Below are positions 27,803 through 38,424 of a stretch of 59,246 bases of DNA, piece after piece. The stretch lies in IMG/VR virus record IMGVR_UViG_3300029309_000034, positions 1 to 59,246 of that record, one strand, 5' to 3'. How positions within the stretch are numbered: the first letter of the stretch is position 1; each line of letters begins with the position of its first letter. Source of the stretch: a virus (Duplodnaviria > Caudoviricetes). Under the pieces are notes generated by a model. It worked only from the letters and a program-made list of their open reading frames with translations, searched no databases and was not told the origin of the DNA. A program made the translations under genes and the position numbers.

Positions 27803-29020
27803 ATGAATATTATACAACTACAAGATAGACTTAAAGGAATGCCAACTGAAACTTTAGTTAAGTTTGTAGAACGACCTATGGGTGAAGTGCCCGTATATTT
27901 AGCGTTGGGTGAGTTACAAAGACGTAAGGAGATGAAAGAAAGATTTCAAGCAAGCCAAACAGAAAAACCTAGTGTATCAGAGCAACTTGTAGCAGAAGCA
28001 AAACCAAAACCAATGCAAATGGGTTTAGGTGCCATGGCTAGACGACAAATGATGCCTGGACAACAAATGATGCCTGGAGCTCAAGGCGTAGGTGCTCCAC
28101 AACCAGCACCACAAATAAGCCCAAGACAAATGGCAGCAAGTGGCATAGCCGCTAACCCTGTAAGAAACGTAGGTAGCCCAGCTATGATGGCTGCAGGTGG
28201 AATTGTAGGGTATCAACCAGGTGGACTTATTGACCCAGATGACTTTGCTCCTAATCCTTTTGATAAACTTGCAGGCACAGGAGGCACAGGAGGCACAGGA
28301 GGCACAGGAGGCACAGGAAATATAACAAGAGATTCTATTGCTGGTTTTTTTGATGATGTTAATGTTGATAGCCCATACAATCCATATCCTTTCTTTACTC
28401 GTGAATTAACAGGTATTCCATATTTTCCTAAAAGTTTGACTCCAAAAGACTTCATGAAAAGACGTGAAGCTGTAAACAAAGAATTAGGAATAGATAATAT
28501 GTACTTTGATGAACAAAGAGACAGAGCACTTGACATGGGGCTAATTGAAGCAGGTCTTCGTATTGCAGGAGGCACATCTGCTAACCCATTAGCAAATATA
28601 TCTGAGGGAGCTATACCTGCCTTAGAGCAATACAACAAACAAATAGCAGCTGCTGACGCTGGCACTAGAGCAGAATTAATAAATGCAAGAGATGCATTTA
28701 TAGAAGAGCAATCTGAAATTAGAAAAATGCAATCTGATTTATTAAATGATTATTTTGCAGCACAAGCTGCAGCTGCAAATGCTCAAGGAGGTTTAGCTAA
28801 AGAGGCTTTTGACGCAACTATAAAATATTTGGGCTATTACATACCTGAAGCAAGTATAAGAACATTTTTTGATAAATACCCACGAGAGGCAGCAGCATTA
28901 TTCCAAGACATAAATTCAGTTGTTATAGATGCATTTAAAGAAAATAGAGCGGTTGACCAAAGTGAAATAGATAGAATAATGTTAGATATACAGAAATATA
29001 TAAAAAAAGATAAAAAATAA
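27803..29020 (+). CDS. Internal virion / ejection protein
   Basis: Helical, Q/M/G/P-rich; MAAGG and YQPGG motifs; precedes the giant protein. Confidence 0.65.
   Translation: MNIIQLQDRLKGMPTETLVKFVERPMGEVPVYLALGELQRRKEMKERFQASQTEKPSVSEQLVAEAKPKPMQMGLGAMARRQMMPGQQMMPGAQGVGAPQPAPQISPRQMAASGIAANPVRNVGSPAMMAAGGIVGYQPGGLIDPDDFAPNPFDKLAGTGGTGGTGGTGGTGNITRDSIAGFFDDVNVDSPYNPYPFFTRELTGIPYFPKSLTPKDFMKRREAVNKELGIDNMYFDEQRDRALDMGLIEAGLRIAGGTSANPLANISEGAIPALEQYNKQIAAADAGTRAELINARDAFIEEQSEIRKMQSDLLNDYFAAQAAAANAQGGLAKEAFDATIKYLGYYIPEASIRTFFDKYPREAAALFQDINSVVIDAFKENRAVDQSEIDRIMLDIQKYIKKDKK
28274..28318 (+). repeat. 9-bp tandem repeat, 5 copies (Gly-Thr-Gly)
   Basis: GGCACAGGA x5. Confidence 0.95.
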
Positions 29021-29029
29021 GGAGGATTA

Positions 29030-32000
29030 ATGGCCACCTTAGTTGAAAAAATACAAGAAGCTCTACAGTCAGGATTCACAGAAGACCAGATTAGAAACGA
29101 ATTACAGAAAAAAGGTATTGAGCTACCTAAAAATTATTTTGGTGCTCCCCCCGAACCTGAGCCTAAACCTGAGCTTAAACCTGAGCCTAAACCTGAGCCT
29201 AAACCTGAGCCTGAATCTCAACTCAAACCAGACGTTACAGAAGAAACACCTACTTTTTTAGGTATGTCTATAGATGAGGACGATGATTTTTTAAGAGCCT
29301 TAAAAACATATATTCCAGAGACAAAAGAACTTTTTGGTGGGTTACAGGTATTAACAGGTAAAGGCCTAGAAACGCTTGGTTTTGACGGAACAGGAGCGAT
29401 TGAATCAGGGCTTGAAAATATAGAAGAAGCTCAAAAAGAAATACAACCGTTTACAAAAGAAACTGATTCATTTTCTGCAGTAATAGACGAAGGTCTTGGA
29501 AGTTTTTTAACAGAATTTTTACCTTACTATGCAGGTAAAGGGGTTGCGATGTTTAGTGAGGCAGCTTTGTCTGGTCTTATTGGAGCCATAATAGGAACAA
29601 CTGCAGGTCCAGGAGGTACTGTAGCTGGAGGACTTAGTGGAATTGTTGCTAAGTCGCTTGTTAAAAAAGGATTAAAAGACAAAATTAAAAAAATTAGAAA
29701 AGAACAAGGTTTTATCAAAGGAAGAGCTGCTGTTAAAGACCTTGTAAAAAGAGAAGTCGCAAAAGAAATAGCCACTAACCCTGCTTTACGAAGACAAGTA
29801 AATCGAAAAATAGGACAGACTCTTGGTATAGGCACAATGTCAGCACGATATGGTGCGGGAGAAGTTACAACTAGAGCTGTTGATGAGGCTATTGCAGGAG
29901 TAGACGACCCTCAAGAACAAATGCGTATTATAAAAGAGTTGAGCACAGGTAAGTTAGCTGCTTTAAGTACAGGTCATGCTCTTGCACAATATGTGGGTTT
30001 AAAAATTGGTTTGGGTTCTTTAGATGCAATGAACACTGTCACAAGAAATATATTTATAAATGTATTTAAAAATGTAGGAATTACAGGTTTAAAAGAAGCT
30101 CCTGTTGAAATTTTTCAAAGTATATTAGAAAGGTATGGAGCTGACTTACCTTTAAAAGATGCTCAAGCTATACGAGAATATGTAGATGCTGCTGCGGGAG
30201 GATTCTTTATGCCTATCGTGCCAGCAACAATAGGTGGAGCAAGAAGACCTAAAAGCCCAACAAAACCTACTGATGCAAAAGGAGACCCTACTACTGATGC
30301 AAAAGACGACTCTGAAGGTACAGATACAGATACAGATGCAGATACAGATACAGATACAGATGTAGATACAGATAGAACTATAAAAGAAGAACGTAAAAAA
30401 ATTACAAGTGAAATAAAAAAAGAAGCAGATAAGATAAAAGCAGAAAAAATAAAAAAACTTAAAGTAGATACTCTCACTCGTGAAATACTAAAAGACTTAG
30501 GTATAAGAGGTAATGTGAGTGGATTTTCTGAGTTAGAAGGTGCAGAACTTAATACTGTTGAAAACATAGAAACAGTAGATAACATTTTAGAAAGTAAAGA
30601 AGCTTTGCCATCAACTAATACTGAAGCAATTCAAAACTTTAGAAAAAAACTTAAGAGAAAACGAAACAAATTATTAAAAGAACAAAAAGATGTTAAACCA
30701 AAAGAAACAAAAGATGAAGACGGCACTGATGTAGCTGGAGAAGAGGTGCAATCTACTATAGTGGACCCTGTGGTAGACCCTGTGGTAGACCCTGTGGTAG
30801 ACCCTGTGGTAGACCCTGTGGTAGACCCTCAGGAGCAACAAATTTTAGATTTTGTTAAGACAGAAGACGGAACAACTGTGTCCGCTATACAAAAGAAATT
30901 TAAAATAGGTCTTAACAAAGCCAAAAATATTATGAAAAAAGCTGTTGACGCAGGATTAATTACAACAGAAACTAAAGGAAGAAGCACTATTTATAAGGAG
31001 GTGCAAGATACTCAAGGAACTAGAGAAGGAATTGTCGGAACAACTGGAGCTGTTGACCAAGAAGGACTTGGAGCTCGCGATGATGCACCTGTACAGACCA
31101 CAGAAGAGACCGCTACCGAAGTCGTTGACGAAACTGACGGAGATGCAGTGGTTACTCCTAGACCAGATACTGGACAGCTTACTGGAAGAGAAGAAGGAGT
31201 CGATAGTACATTAGATTTACCTACTAGAGTTAAAGAAGTTAAAAAACTTTTAAACAATATAGACCCAGATAATGAGTTGTTCCCAGAGTATAAAGAAACG
31301 CTTAAAGATGTTGATATTACTCAAGAAGAATTAACTCAAATAGAAAATGATTTATTTGAGGTTATTAAAGAAAAAGATTTTTCAAAACGACCAGGTAAAG
31401 AAAGCGATAGAGAAACTATTCAAGGGCTAAATAAAGTAAAAACTTTAGGACAGGCTCTAAATACATTAACAAGTAACTTTAATGATTCTTTATCAGATTT
31501 ACAAAAAGGCACTATTGAAAGGCTTATAAGCACCCCTAATATAGGTAAAACTAAATTCGTAATTAATCCTGAGTTAGAAGAAAAAGAAGGAGCTTATGGA
31601 GCCTATGACACAAATACTAATACTGTAGAAATATCACAAAATGCTGATGTAGATACTGTACTACATGAAGCAGTCCATGCAGCTACCACTAATCAAATCA
31701 ATAAAAATATAACTAAAGATGGTAAGGGAAGAACTAGAGTTGGTAGAGATTTAATTCAACTTTTAAACGATGCTAAAGAAGCGGATAAAAATAATGAATT
31801 TAGTGAAGCATTAAGCAATGTTAAAGAATTTATTTCGGAAGGATTTAGCAATTCAGAGTTCCAAAAATTTTTATCAAGAACTCCAAGCACGCAGGGTTTA
31901 AGTTTATTAGGAGAAGAACGTGCTTATAGAGCTAAGTTAAGAGAAGAAGGAACTAATAAACGTATAGCTGACAATATTATAAAAGAAAGAAGGAACGCTG

Positions 32001-35000
32001 CTAGTTTAATTAATACTATGTGGGGTAATTTTGTAAAACTTATTAATGAAATGGTAGGTAAAGCAGACATAACTTATAGCGTTATGAATGATATAATAGC
32101 TTTAGCTCCTGAGTTGTTTACAGGAGTAGACAAAAATCAAACTGAAAGTCCTGGTGAAAGACTATTAAAGAAAAAAACTAAACAAGAGATAAAAGAGTTT
32201 AATCAAAAACAAAAAACACCAGAAAAAATAAAAAGGGAAAATCAAAAACAAAAAGACCCAATGGATGAGCAATTCCCTAACCGAACCGAAGTAGGAAATA
32301 TATTTAATATTAAAGATAAAATTGACCAACAACTTTTTTCTTTTGATAAAATTCTTAATGGAGAAATTATCAAAAACATCAAAAAAACAAAAAATAAAGT
32401 ATTTGGTATATTTTATGGAAAAGCTGATTGGAAATTTATTCAAGATGAAATATTAAAAATAAGCTCTTCTCAATCTTTACATAATGAGGGAGTTGCGACA
32501 GCTAGTCTAAACTATGGTAAACCTGTTTACAGAGAAGAAGGTTCATTCTTTGACCATGAGGTTGACCCTGACACTGATACAAACGACCAAGCTAGTTATA
32601 AAAAAGTTTTAAGGGGATTAAGAGATTACTCAAAAAAATTAGGGGCTCCCTATAAAGATGTTCGTGAAATGGCTCATAATGCATTTGTTGCTCTTCGTGC
32701 AAACGGTATACGAATAAAAAATGAAGAGAAAAAACAACAAGCTGTAAATTTACGAGTGCAAGGAAAAGATAAAGAGGCGAGAGACGTGGAAAAAACTATT
32801 ATTCCTATTGATTTATCTAATGAGCAAATAGACAATGGAGTAGAACTTTTTAATAGCAGTCCTGAACTGCAACAAATATTTGAAACTTGGATTCAAGCTA
32901 AAAATGATATAATTCAGTTACTAGTTGAACATGAAGTAATGAGTCCTGAAATGGCTAAAGAATTTTCTCAAGTTATAGATGTAGAGGGAATTGAGGCTTT
33001 TGATGACTATATTACTTACTATAGAGATGGGCAAGAATTGTCTGGAACCTACACAAAAAAACAAGGAGACCGCGGAACATATTTTAAATTAAAAGGTAGT
33101 TTTGTTCCTGTAGCTGACGTTTTTGATAATATGGAAACATGGATTCGTACTGGAGTTAGACGAGCAGTTTCAAATAGAACAGCAATTAACAAAGTAGAAT
33201 CTTCATTTAAGTATTTACCTAATGATATTAGAGAAATATCTGAGGCAGAAAAAAGAGCAGACACTCCTAATGTAGTTAGTTTTAGTAGAATAGATGAAAA
33301 AACTGGAAAAAGACAAATTAAACATTATCAATACTCATCACCATATTTTGCTGCTGCTTTTGGAGAACAATTAGGAAAACTTGAAATAGATGGGCACCAA
33401 TTTCTTAAAAATAATTCTAACTTTTTAAGAACCAACGTAGTTTATTACCCATTATTCGGCTTGACTCAACTTCCAATGGACGCTTACAACGCCATGTTTT
33501 CTTCAGGAATACGTAATCCTCTTATGATTCCACTAAGAATTATGAAAGAGTTTCCATTAACTTTACTTAATATGAGTGAAACACATAAAATAGGTCAACG
33601 AGTAGGATTTACTGGAACTTATAATTCTTTTGTACAAGGAGAAACTCTTTCAGATAATGAATTAAAAAATCAAAAAGGTCTTTACGCATCTATGACTAGA
33701 TTTATTAATAGTGTTCCTGGACTTGGAAAAGACATAAGTCTTGACCGTATTGGTATTGAAACACCTATTTCTGTGAAAAGACTGTTGGAACGTATTGCTA
33801 TGTCCTCTGACAACGCAATAAGACAGGCTGTTTATGAACAAACCATGGCAGAGACAAATGATAAAGGGCTAGCGGTTAATAGAATGGCTGAGATAATTAA
33901 CTTTAAAAGAGCAGGAGCTAACAAAACTATTGCTTTTCTTCGTGGTGTAGTTCCATTTTTTGGAGCTTTTATGCAAGCAACTGCAATACAAGGACGAGTT
34001 TTATTTGGTGATGGAGTTTCACCTCAACAAAGAGCGTTTGCTCTTGCTAAGTATTTAAATGCAGGAACTCAAGCTACAGTAGCTGCACTTGCATACACTC
34101 TATTAATGCAAGATGATGATGAATACGAAAGACTTGACCCCAGCACAAAAGATAGCAAATTTATATTTCCTAATGGGTTTCATTTACGTTTACGTCCAGA
34201 TATACACACCCTTTTATGGAAAATAATTCCAGAAAATGTTTTAAATAATATGCTAGGTAATTCAGATAACCAAAAAGTTGCAGACGCTATAAAAAGAGGT
34301 TTACGTGAGGCATTTCTTACGAATAGGATGTTACCTCAAGCGATTAGACCTATCATGGACTTATCTTATAATTTTGACCCAAGAACGCAAAGAGACATAA
34401 CAACTCAATCACTAAAAGACCTTCCTGCTGGAGAGCAGTTTACTAAAAACACAAGTGAATTTGCTAAATTTCTATCTCAAAAAATAAATCTTGATGAACT
34501 TGGAGTTACCCCAATACAAATAGATTTTTTTCTTCGCCAATATTTCGGGTACACAGGAGGCCTAGCGACCATGTTGATAGACGAAATTCTCAAAGATTTG
34601 GGAGTATTTGATGTTGAACCTGCTAGCAAAACCGAAAGAGACCTTATCGCTAGTATTCCAGGCATGGGAAGCTTTATTTCAAGAGAATATGGCAATAGAC
34701 ATACAAGTGATTTCTTTGAACTAAAAAAAGAAGTTGAAACTGCTTACCAAGCATATAAAAAGTTGATAGCAGAAGATTATGATACAGATAAAGCTTTAGA
34801 CCTATACCAAGACAAAGCTAAGTTAATTGATGCTAAAGACGAAATAAATACTTATATGAAAGTAATTAAACAAATAAGAAAAGAAAGAAATTTATTGTTA
34901 AGAAAACCAAAAGATATGATAAGTTCTGACGAAAAAAGAAAAGAATACGAACGTCTTAACAGAATAGAAGAGAGAACTTTAAATAGTATACTAAAAGTTC

Positions 35001-35083
35001 GTCAAAGAGTATATGGAACTATGGAAAGCCCAAAACTACAAGAATTTTTAACAGAAAAGGGTCTTCTTAAAAAGAAAAACTAA
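29030..35083 (+). CDS. Giant internal virion / polyvalent protein (winged helix, HExxH zincin, LPD38-like C-terminus)
   Basis: 2017 aa, last late gene; VLHEAVH; SAIQKKFKIGLNKAKNI; INFKRAG...VPFFGAFMQ. Confidence 0.75.
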   Translation: MATLVEKIQEALQSGFTEDQIRNELQKKGIELPKNYFGAPPEPEPKPELKPEPKPEPKPEPESQLKPDVTEETPTFLGMSIDEDDDFLRALKTYIPETKELFGGLQVLTGKGLETLGFDGTGAIESGLENIEEAQKEIQPFTKETDSFSAVIDEGLGSFLTEFLPYYAGKGVAMFSEAALSGLIGAIIGTTAGPGGTVAGGLSGIVAKSLVKKGLKDKIKKIRKEQGFIKGRAAVKDLVKREVAKEIATNPALRRQVNRKIGQTLGIGTMSARYGAGEVTTRAVDEAIAGVDDPQEQMRIIKELSTGKLAALSTGHALAQYVGLKIGLGSLDAMNTVTRNIFINVFKNVGITGLKEAPVEIFQSILERYGADLPLKDAQAIREYVDAAAGGFFMPIVPATIGGARRPKSPTKPTDAKGDPTTDAKDDSEGTDTDTDADTDTDTDVDTDRTIKEERKKITSEIKKEADKIKAEKIKKLKVDTLTREILKDLGIRGNVSGFSELEGAELNTVENIETVDNILESKEALPSTNTEAIQNFRKKLKRKRNKLLKEQKDVKPKETKDEDGTDVAGEEVQSTIVDPVVDPVVDPVVDPVVDPVVDPQEQQILDFVKTEDGTTVSAIQKKFKIGLNKAKNIMKKAVDAGLITTETKGRSTIYKEVQDTQGTREGIVGTTGAVDQEGLGARDDAPVQTTEETATEVVDETDGDAVVTPRPDTGQLTGREEGVDSTLDLPTRVKEVKKLLNNIDPDNELFPEYKETLKDVDITQEELTQIENDLFEVIKEKDFSKRPGKESDRETIQGLNKVKTLGQALNTLTSNFNDSLSDLQKGTIERLISTPNIGKTKFVINPELEEKEGAYGAYDTNTNTVEISQNADVDTVLHEAVHAATTNQINKNITKDGKGRTRVGRDLIQLLNDAKEADKNNEFSEALSNVKEFISEGFSNSEFQKFLSRTPSTQGLSLLGEERAYRAKLREEGTNKRIADNIIKERRNAASLINTMWGNFVKLINEMVGKADITYSVMNDIIALAPELFTGVDKNQTESPGERLLKKKTKQEIKEFNQKQKTPEKIKRENQKQKDPMDEQFPNRTEVGNIFNIKDKIDQQLFSFDKILNGEIIKNIKKTKNKVFGIFYGKADWKFIQDEILKISSSQSLHNEGVATASLNYGKPVYREEGSFFDHEVDPDTDTNDQASYKKVLRGLRDYSKKLGAPYKDVREMAHNAFVALRANGIRIKNEEKKQQAVNLRVQGKDKEARDVEKTIIPIDLSNEQIDNGVELFNSSPELQQIFETWIQAKNDIIQLLVEHEVMSPEMAKEFSQVIDVEGIEAFDDYITYYRDGQELSGTYTKKQGDRGTYFKLKGSFVPVADVFDNMETWIRTGVRRAVSNRTAINKVESSFKYLPNDIREISEAEKRADTPNVVSFSRIDEKTGKRQIKHYQYSSPYFAAAFGEQLGKLEIDGHQFLKNNSNFLRTNVVYYPLFGLTQLPMDAYNAMFSSGIRNPLMIPLRIMKEFPLTLLNMSETHKIGQRVGFTGTYNSFVQGETLSDNELKNQKGLYASMTRFINSVPGLGKDISLDRIGIETPISVKRLLERIAMSSDNAIRQAVYEQTMAETNDKGLAVNRMAEIINFKRAGANKTIAFLRGVVPFFGAFMQATAIQGRVLFGDGVSPQQRAFALAKYLNAGTQATVAALAYTLLMQDDDEYERLDPSTKDSKFIFPNGFHLRLRPDIHTLLWKIIPENVLNNMLGNSDNQKVADAIKRGLREAFLTNRMLPQAIRPIMDLSYNFDPRTQRDITTQSLKDLPAGEQFTKNTSEFAKFLSQKINLDELGVTPIQIDFFLRQYFGYTGGLATMLIDEILKDLGVFDVEPASKTERDLIASIPGMGSFISREYGNRHTSDFFELKKEVETAYQAYKKLIAEDYDTDKALDLYQDKAKLIDAKDEINTYMKVIKQIRKERNLLLRKPKDMISSDEKRKEYERLNRIEERTLNSILKVRQRVYGTMESPKLQEFLTEKGLLKKKN
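30761..30829 (+). repeat. 12-bp tandem repeat, about 5.75 copies (VDPV linker)
   Basis: GTAGACCCTGTG units; similar PEPK and DT repeats near 29150-29215 and 30322-30372. Confidence 0.95.
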
Positions 35084-35301
35084 CTTATCCGCCATACTCT
35101 AACCCCTAAATGATTATCTTTAGAAGTTACAAATACTTTAACCCTAATCCCTGCTCGTTTAGCCCCTGATTCAACCGCATAAATTAAATGAGATGTCTTG
35201 AGCGTAGGTATAAAAAAACTTTCTCCTACGTCCATAGCTTCAAATGGGAATATCCACTCTATATCATCATACAAGTTCAGGGTCAATCTCCTTAATAACA
35301 T
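35080..35301 (-). CDS. Small putative DNA-binding protein
   Basis: FPF..M.VGESFFIP...GVRVWRI motif; start uncertain. Confidence 0.6.
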   Translation of the reverse strand: MLLRRLTLNLYDDIEWIFPFEAMDVGESFFIPTLKTSHLIYAVESGAKRAGIRVKVFVTSKDNHLGVRVWRIS

Positions 35302-38116
35302 CTGGTGGTAGTGTATCTGTGCTAATTATATACGCCATGCTGTTGAACTCGTCTAGTCCTGGTTTCCAATCAGCTGCCATTTTCTTACGTTTTTCTACAA
35401 TCTTAATGCCGTGCTGTTGCATTTGATACACAAACTGCTTAGGTGATACGCTATTTTCCTCTATTAGAAACTTTCTAAATACTGACTTAGTGATACATAG
35501 CTCTTTCTTATCTGTATCTAGGCGTATATATAGTGAGTTCCTAGGTTCTATGATGACTTTAGTATCGTGAATCTCAAGTATCGAGTTATTGTGCTGTGAT
35601 ATAAATTCTCCTATAAGAGAAAGATAGTTTACATTGTTAGCTTTCACTACGTTATCTCTAATATCTATCATCTCTGCAACGATTTTACTGTAAACTCTAT
35701 CTACATCTATATGCACAATACCAGCTTTATCACATATCTCACCTGCTAACATACAAACAGCCACTAAATTTTCATAAAATCTAAATGCTGTGTTGTCACC
35801 GAAGTCAGTCTTAAATTTATTAACCCAATGCTCAATACGTCCATCAAGATAATCTTTTTCATATGATACTAACGCTTTGATAAAGTCAGGTCCTGCCCAT
35901 CCGTGATTAGTTAATAATGGGTTGAACATCTGACGACCTTCTTCAGGGTTATCTTTGAGTAGCTGTGGTTTATGCAAATAAAACTCAATTAATCTTGCAA
36001 TCTCTCCATTTGGGTCTTTCTTAGTAATCGTAAGCTTGTCAATCAATGAGTGATTAGTAGTAAAAAGACCCACCAAAGAAGCTGACATCTCATGCTCTCG
36101 TTCTGCGTTAATAGATGCTTGCATACGAATCTTTGCTTTACCTTGTGATATTTTATGGACAAGTTGTGAAAGTAGTCTACCATGCATGTTTCCCACTTCA
36201 TCAAGCCCTATAGGTAGATTATGTAGCCCTAAAAAACGTCCTGTAAGGCCATTGTCAGTGGTTTCAAGCACCGCCATATCCTTTGGGTGCCCCCATATAC
36301 TTAGTGCGGCATATAATGCACCTGTCTTACCAGCTCCTGTGTCTCCTGTCAGCGATACACTTACACCTGAAGTTGAAGTATAGTTTAATAAGGTAGAGCC
36401 AAACCCTGTCAGCATAACAAATGCATGTACTTCTAATCCTTCTCTGTTTAATTTGTTAGCTACTTCTTTCCATTTATCGTAACTTCCTGCTCTTACAATA
36501 TGTCTTGCGATGTTACGGCATAATGGTGACGTGGGGCTGTTGACTTCACTGCCATCTCTTTTTATTTCCACATCTCCCACAACAAAAGCGTCATGGTCTG
36601 GAGTCCAGCCCATTTGAGTTCTCATCTTAGCAGCTGCTTTATCTGCCTGTAGATAACTACCCCATGATAATAAATAGTTCATAATAAGTTTCCATTGGTT
36701 GCTATGAGGGTTAAATAATACTCCATGTTTTGATATAACTTTTCTAAGCTCGTGACTATCATATATCACGCTAAACGGCACGTAAAACTCTGCTGGTTCA
36801 TCGTGAGGAGGGTCAATCTTCATCAATAGACAGTTGCCCTCATGTGCACTAATCACTCGCTTCAAAGAATATAAGTCGTAGATAGAGACAACCTGCGTTT
36901 TCTGTTCCACTACCTCTCCACTCTCATCAAATACAGGAGCTGGTTTAAAATATATACCCCCACTCTGACCACGGTAAAAGCCTTCTCGTTCTATCTCAGG
37001 TGGCAGTCCTTGTAGGCTTGTCTTGACTAAAGGTTTGCCGTTGGGTAGTGTTACCACCTCAGTTTTGATAGGTTCTATCGCTGTAGGTGAAGATACAAAA
37101 GTTTTACCTAATATAAGTGGATTAGTAATCTTACCAAAGTGTGGGCACTCTGGACAAATATCAGGGTTCAAATCGTTAAAGACGGCACAAGACTGCGGTT
37201 TGTCCTGAGTTTGTGTCGCCTTCTTTTCTGTCTTATCTGGTTCATAACCTGGGTGGTCTTTGGATAACATATGAATGAATACATCTCTGTCAACACAATG
37301 CTGTGCAATAGATAGTCCTGCGTACCACAGAGGTTCAGATAAACTTTGTCTGTTTCTTATAATGTGCTTTATTTGAGCACACCCTTCATTTGACTCTTCG
37401 TCTAAACTTTTTCTAGATATAATATCAAATTTTGAAGAAAAGTTACTGAGCCCATTCATTTGTCTTGATACTTCTGTTAATTTAGTTTTGATAATTTCTT
37501 CGAATGGTGTGTGCTCTTCTTCTCCTAAAAACTCTTTGAACATTTCAAACTTGTATACTTTGATAGCTCCACTCAATATTCTCGTTGGTGTTGGTGGGCT
37601 TGATTTAAAGTTAAATGTGTCAGGACATCTTAATATACGAGCTTTATCAGCTGTTACCGCAGGGTCTATTCGTAGTCCGTTGTTAAGACATAACTGCTTA
37701 AACTTATCTGCATAAATTTTCCATTCTTCCGCAGACACCTCTGTATCCAACATCCAATACCCATGTATCCCATTACCGCTGTCTACAACAACAGGTGGTG
37801 GTAGCTCCTGCGATTGTATAAATTTTCCTAAGGCGTTGACAGCTTCTTCCTGGGAACTGTAGTCCTTAGTGTCACCTACGTCTAAATCTATAAAGAAAGA
37901 CTTAAGTGTTTTTGCCTTTTTACGACTGTGCCCATCGAAGTTTGCTATACCAATAAATACATGGCTGTCTTGTTTTTTGCTATCTATAGTCTCACTAAGT
38001 TCCTCTATAGAATCTACAAAAATGTGTTTCATGTGTTGACCTTCTCCTGTAGGTAACACAGCTACACAATAAGTCCCCTCGTTTGGCAATAGTTTATTAT
38101 AAAATTCTATGCTCAT
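35267..38116 (-). CDS. Primase-helicase (N-terminal primase-polymerase, Cys cluster, DUF927-like P-loop helicase)
   Basis: FIDLD, SGNGIHGYW, D.ARILR.P primase motifs; CPECPH; Walker A GDTGAGKT; Walker B LDE. Confidence 0.85.
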   Translation of the reverse strand: MSIEFYNKLLPNEGTYCVAVLPTGEGQHMKHIFVDSIEELSETIDSKKQDSHVFIGIANFDGHSRKKAKTLKSFFIDLDVGDTKDYSSQEEAVNALGKFIQSQELPPPVVVDSGNGIHGYWMLDTEVSAEEWKIYADKFKQLCLNNGLRIDPAVTADKARILRCPDTFNFKSSPPTPTRILSGAIKVYKFEMFKEFLGEEEHTPFEEIIKTKLTEVSRQMNGLSNFSSKFDIISRKSLDEESNEGCAQIKHIIRNRQSLSEPLWYAGLSIAQHCVDRDVFIHMLSKDHPGYEPDKTEKKATQTQDKPQSCAVFNDLNPDICPECPHFGKITNPLILGKTFVSSPTAIEPIKTEVVTLPNGKPLVKTSLQGLPPEIEREGFYRGQSGGIYFKPAPVFDESGEVVEQKTQVVSIYDLYSLKRVISAHEGNCLLMKIDPPHDEPAEFYVPFSVIYDSHELRKVISKHGVLFNPHSNQWKLIMNYLLSWGSYLQADKAAAKMRTQMGWTPDHDAFVVGDVEIKRDGSEVNSPTSPLCRNIARHIVRAGSYDKWKEVANKLNREGLEVHAFVMLTGFGSTLLNYTSTSGVSVSLTGDTGAGKTGALYAALSIWGHPKDMAVLETTDNGLTGRFLGLHNLPIGLDEVGNMHGRLLSQLVHKISQGKAKIRMQASINAEREHEMSASLVGLFTTNHSLIDKLTITKKDPNGEIARLIEFYLHKPQLLKDNPEEGRQMFNPLLTNHGWAGPDFIKALVSYEKDYLDGRIEHWVNKFKTDFGDNTAFRFYENLVAVCMLAGEICDKAGIVHIDVDRVYSKIVAEMIDIRDNVVKANNVNYLSLIGEFISQHNNSILEIHDTKVIIEPRNSLYIRLDTDKKELCITKSVFRKFLIEENSVSPKQFVYQMQQHGIKIVEKRKKMAADWKPGLDEFNSMAYIISTDTLPPDVIKEIDPELV

Positions 38117-38424
38117 TTTTCTAATTTAATATCAGACTCTATAAAAACCCTAGCACAAGCTATATCGTGAGCTGGTAAAGTACCCTTTGTTAAACCACGC
38201 TGCACTTGTTTCATAAATTTTTTTACTTTCTGATGGTTATGGTACTTCATGGGTCCTCCCCTGAACCATGAATGTACTGTCATACGAGTTGTACCTATTC
38301 CTTCAGCTACATATTTTATTGGTAAATTAGCTTCTAAACATAATTTCGCTAGTTGTATGCCTAAAATACTGTCGTCAGCTTGTTCCAATCCTAAAATAAA
38401 ACTATCACTATACGGTCTTGGCAT
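38113..38424 (-). CDS. Cro/XRE-like helix-turn-helix protein
   Basis: IKYVAEGIGTTRMTVHSWFRG. Confidence 0.7.
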   Translation of the reverse strand: MPRPYSDSFILGLEQADDSILGIQLAKLCLEANLPIKYVAEGIGTTRMTVHSWFRGGPMKYHNHQKVKKFMKQVQRGLTKGTLPAHDIACARVFIESDIKLEK

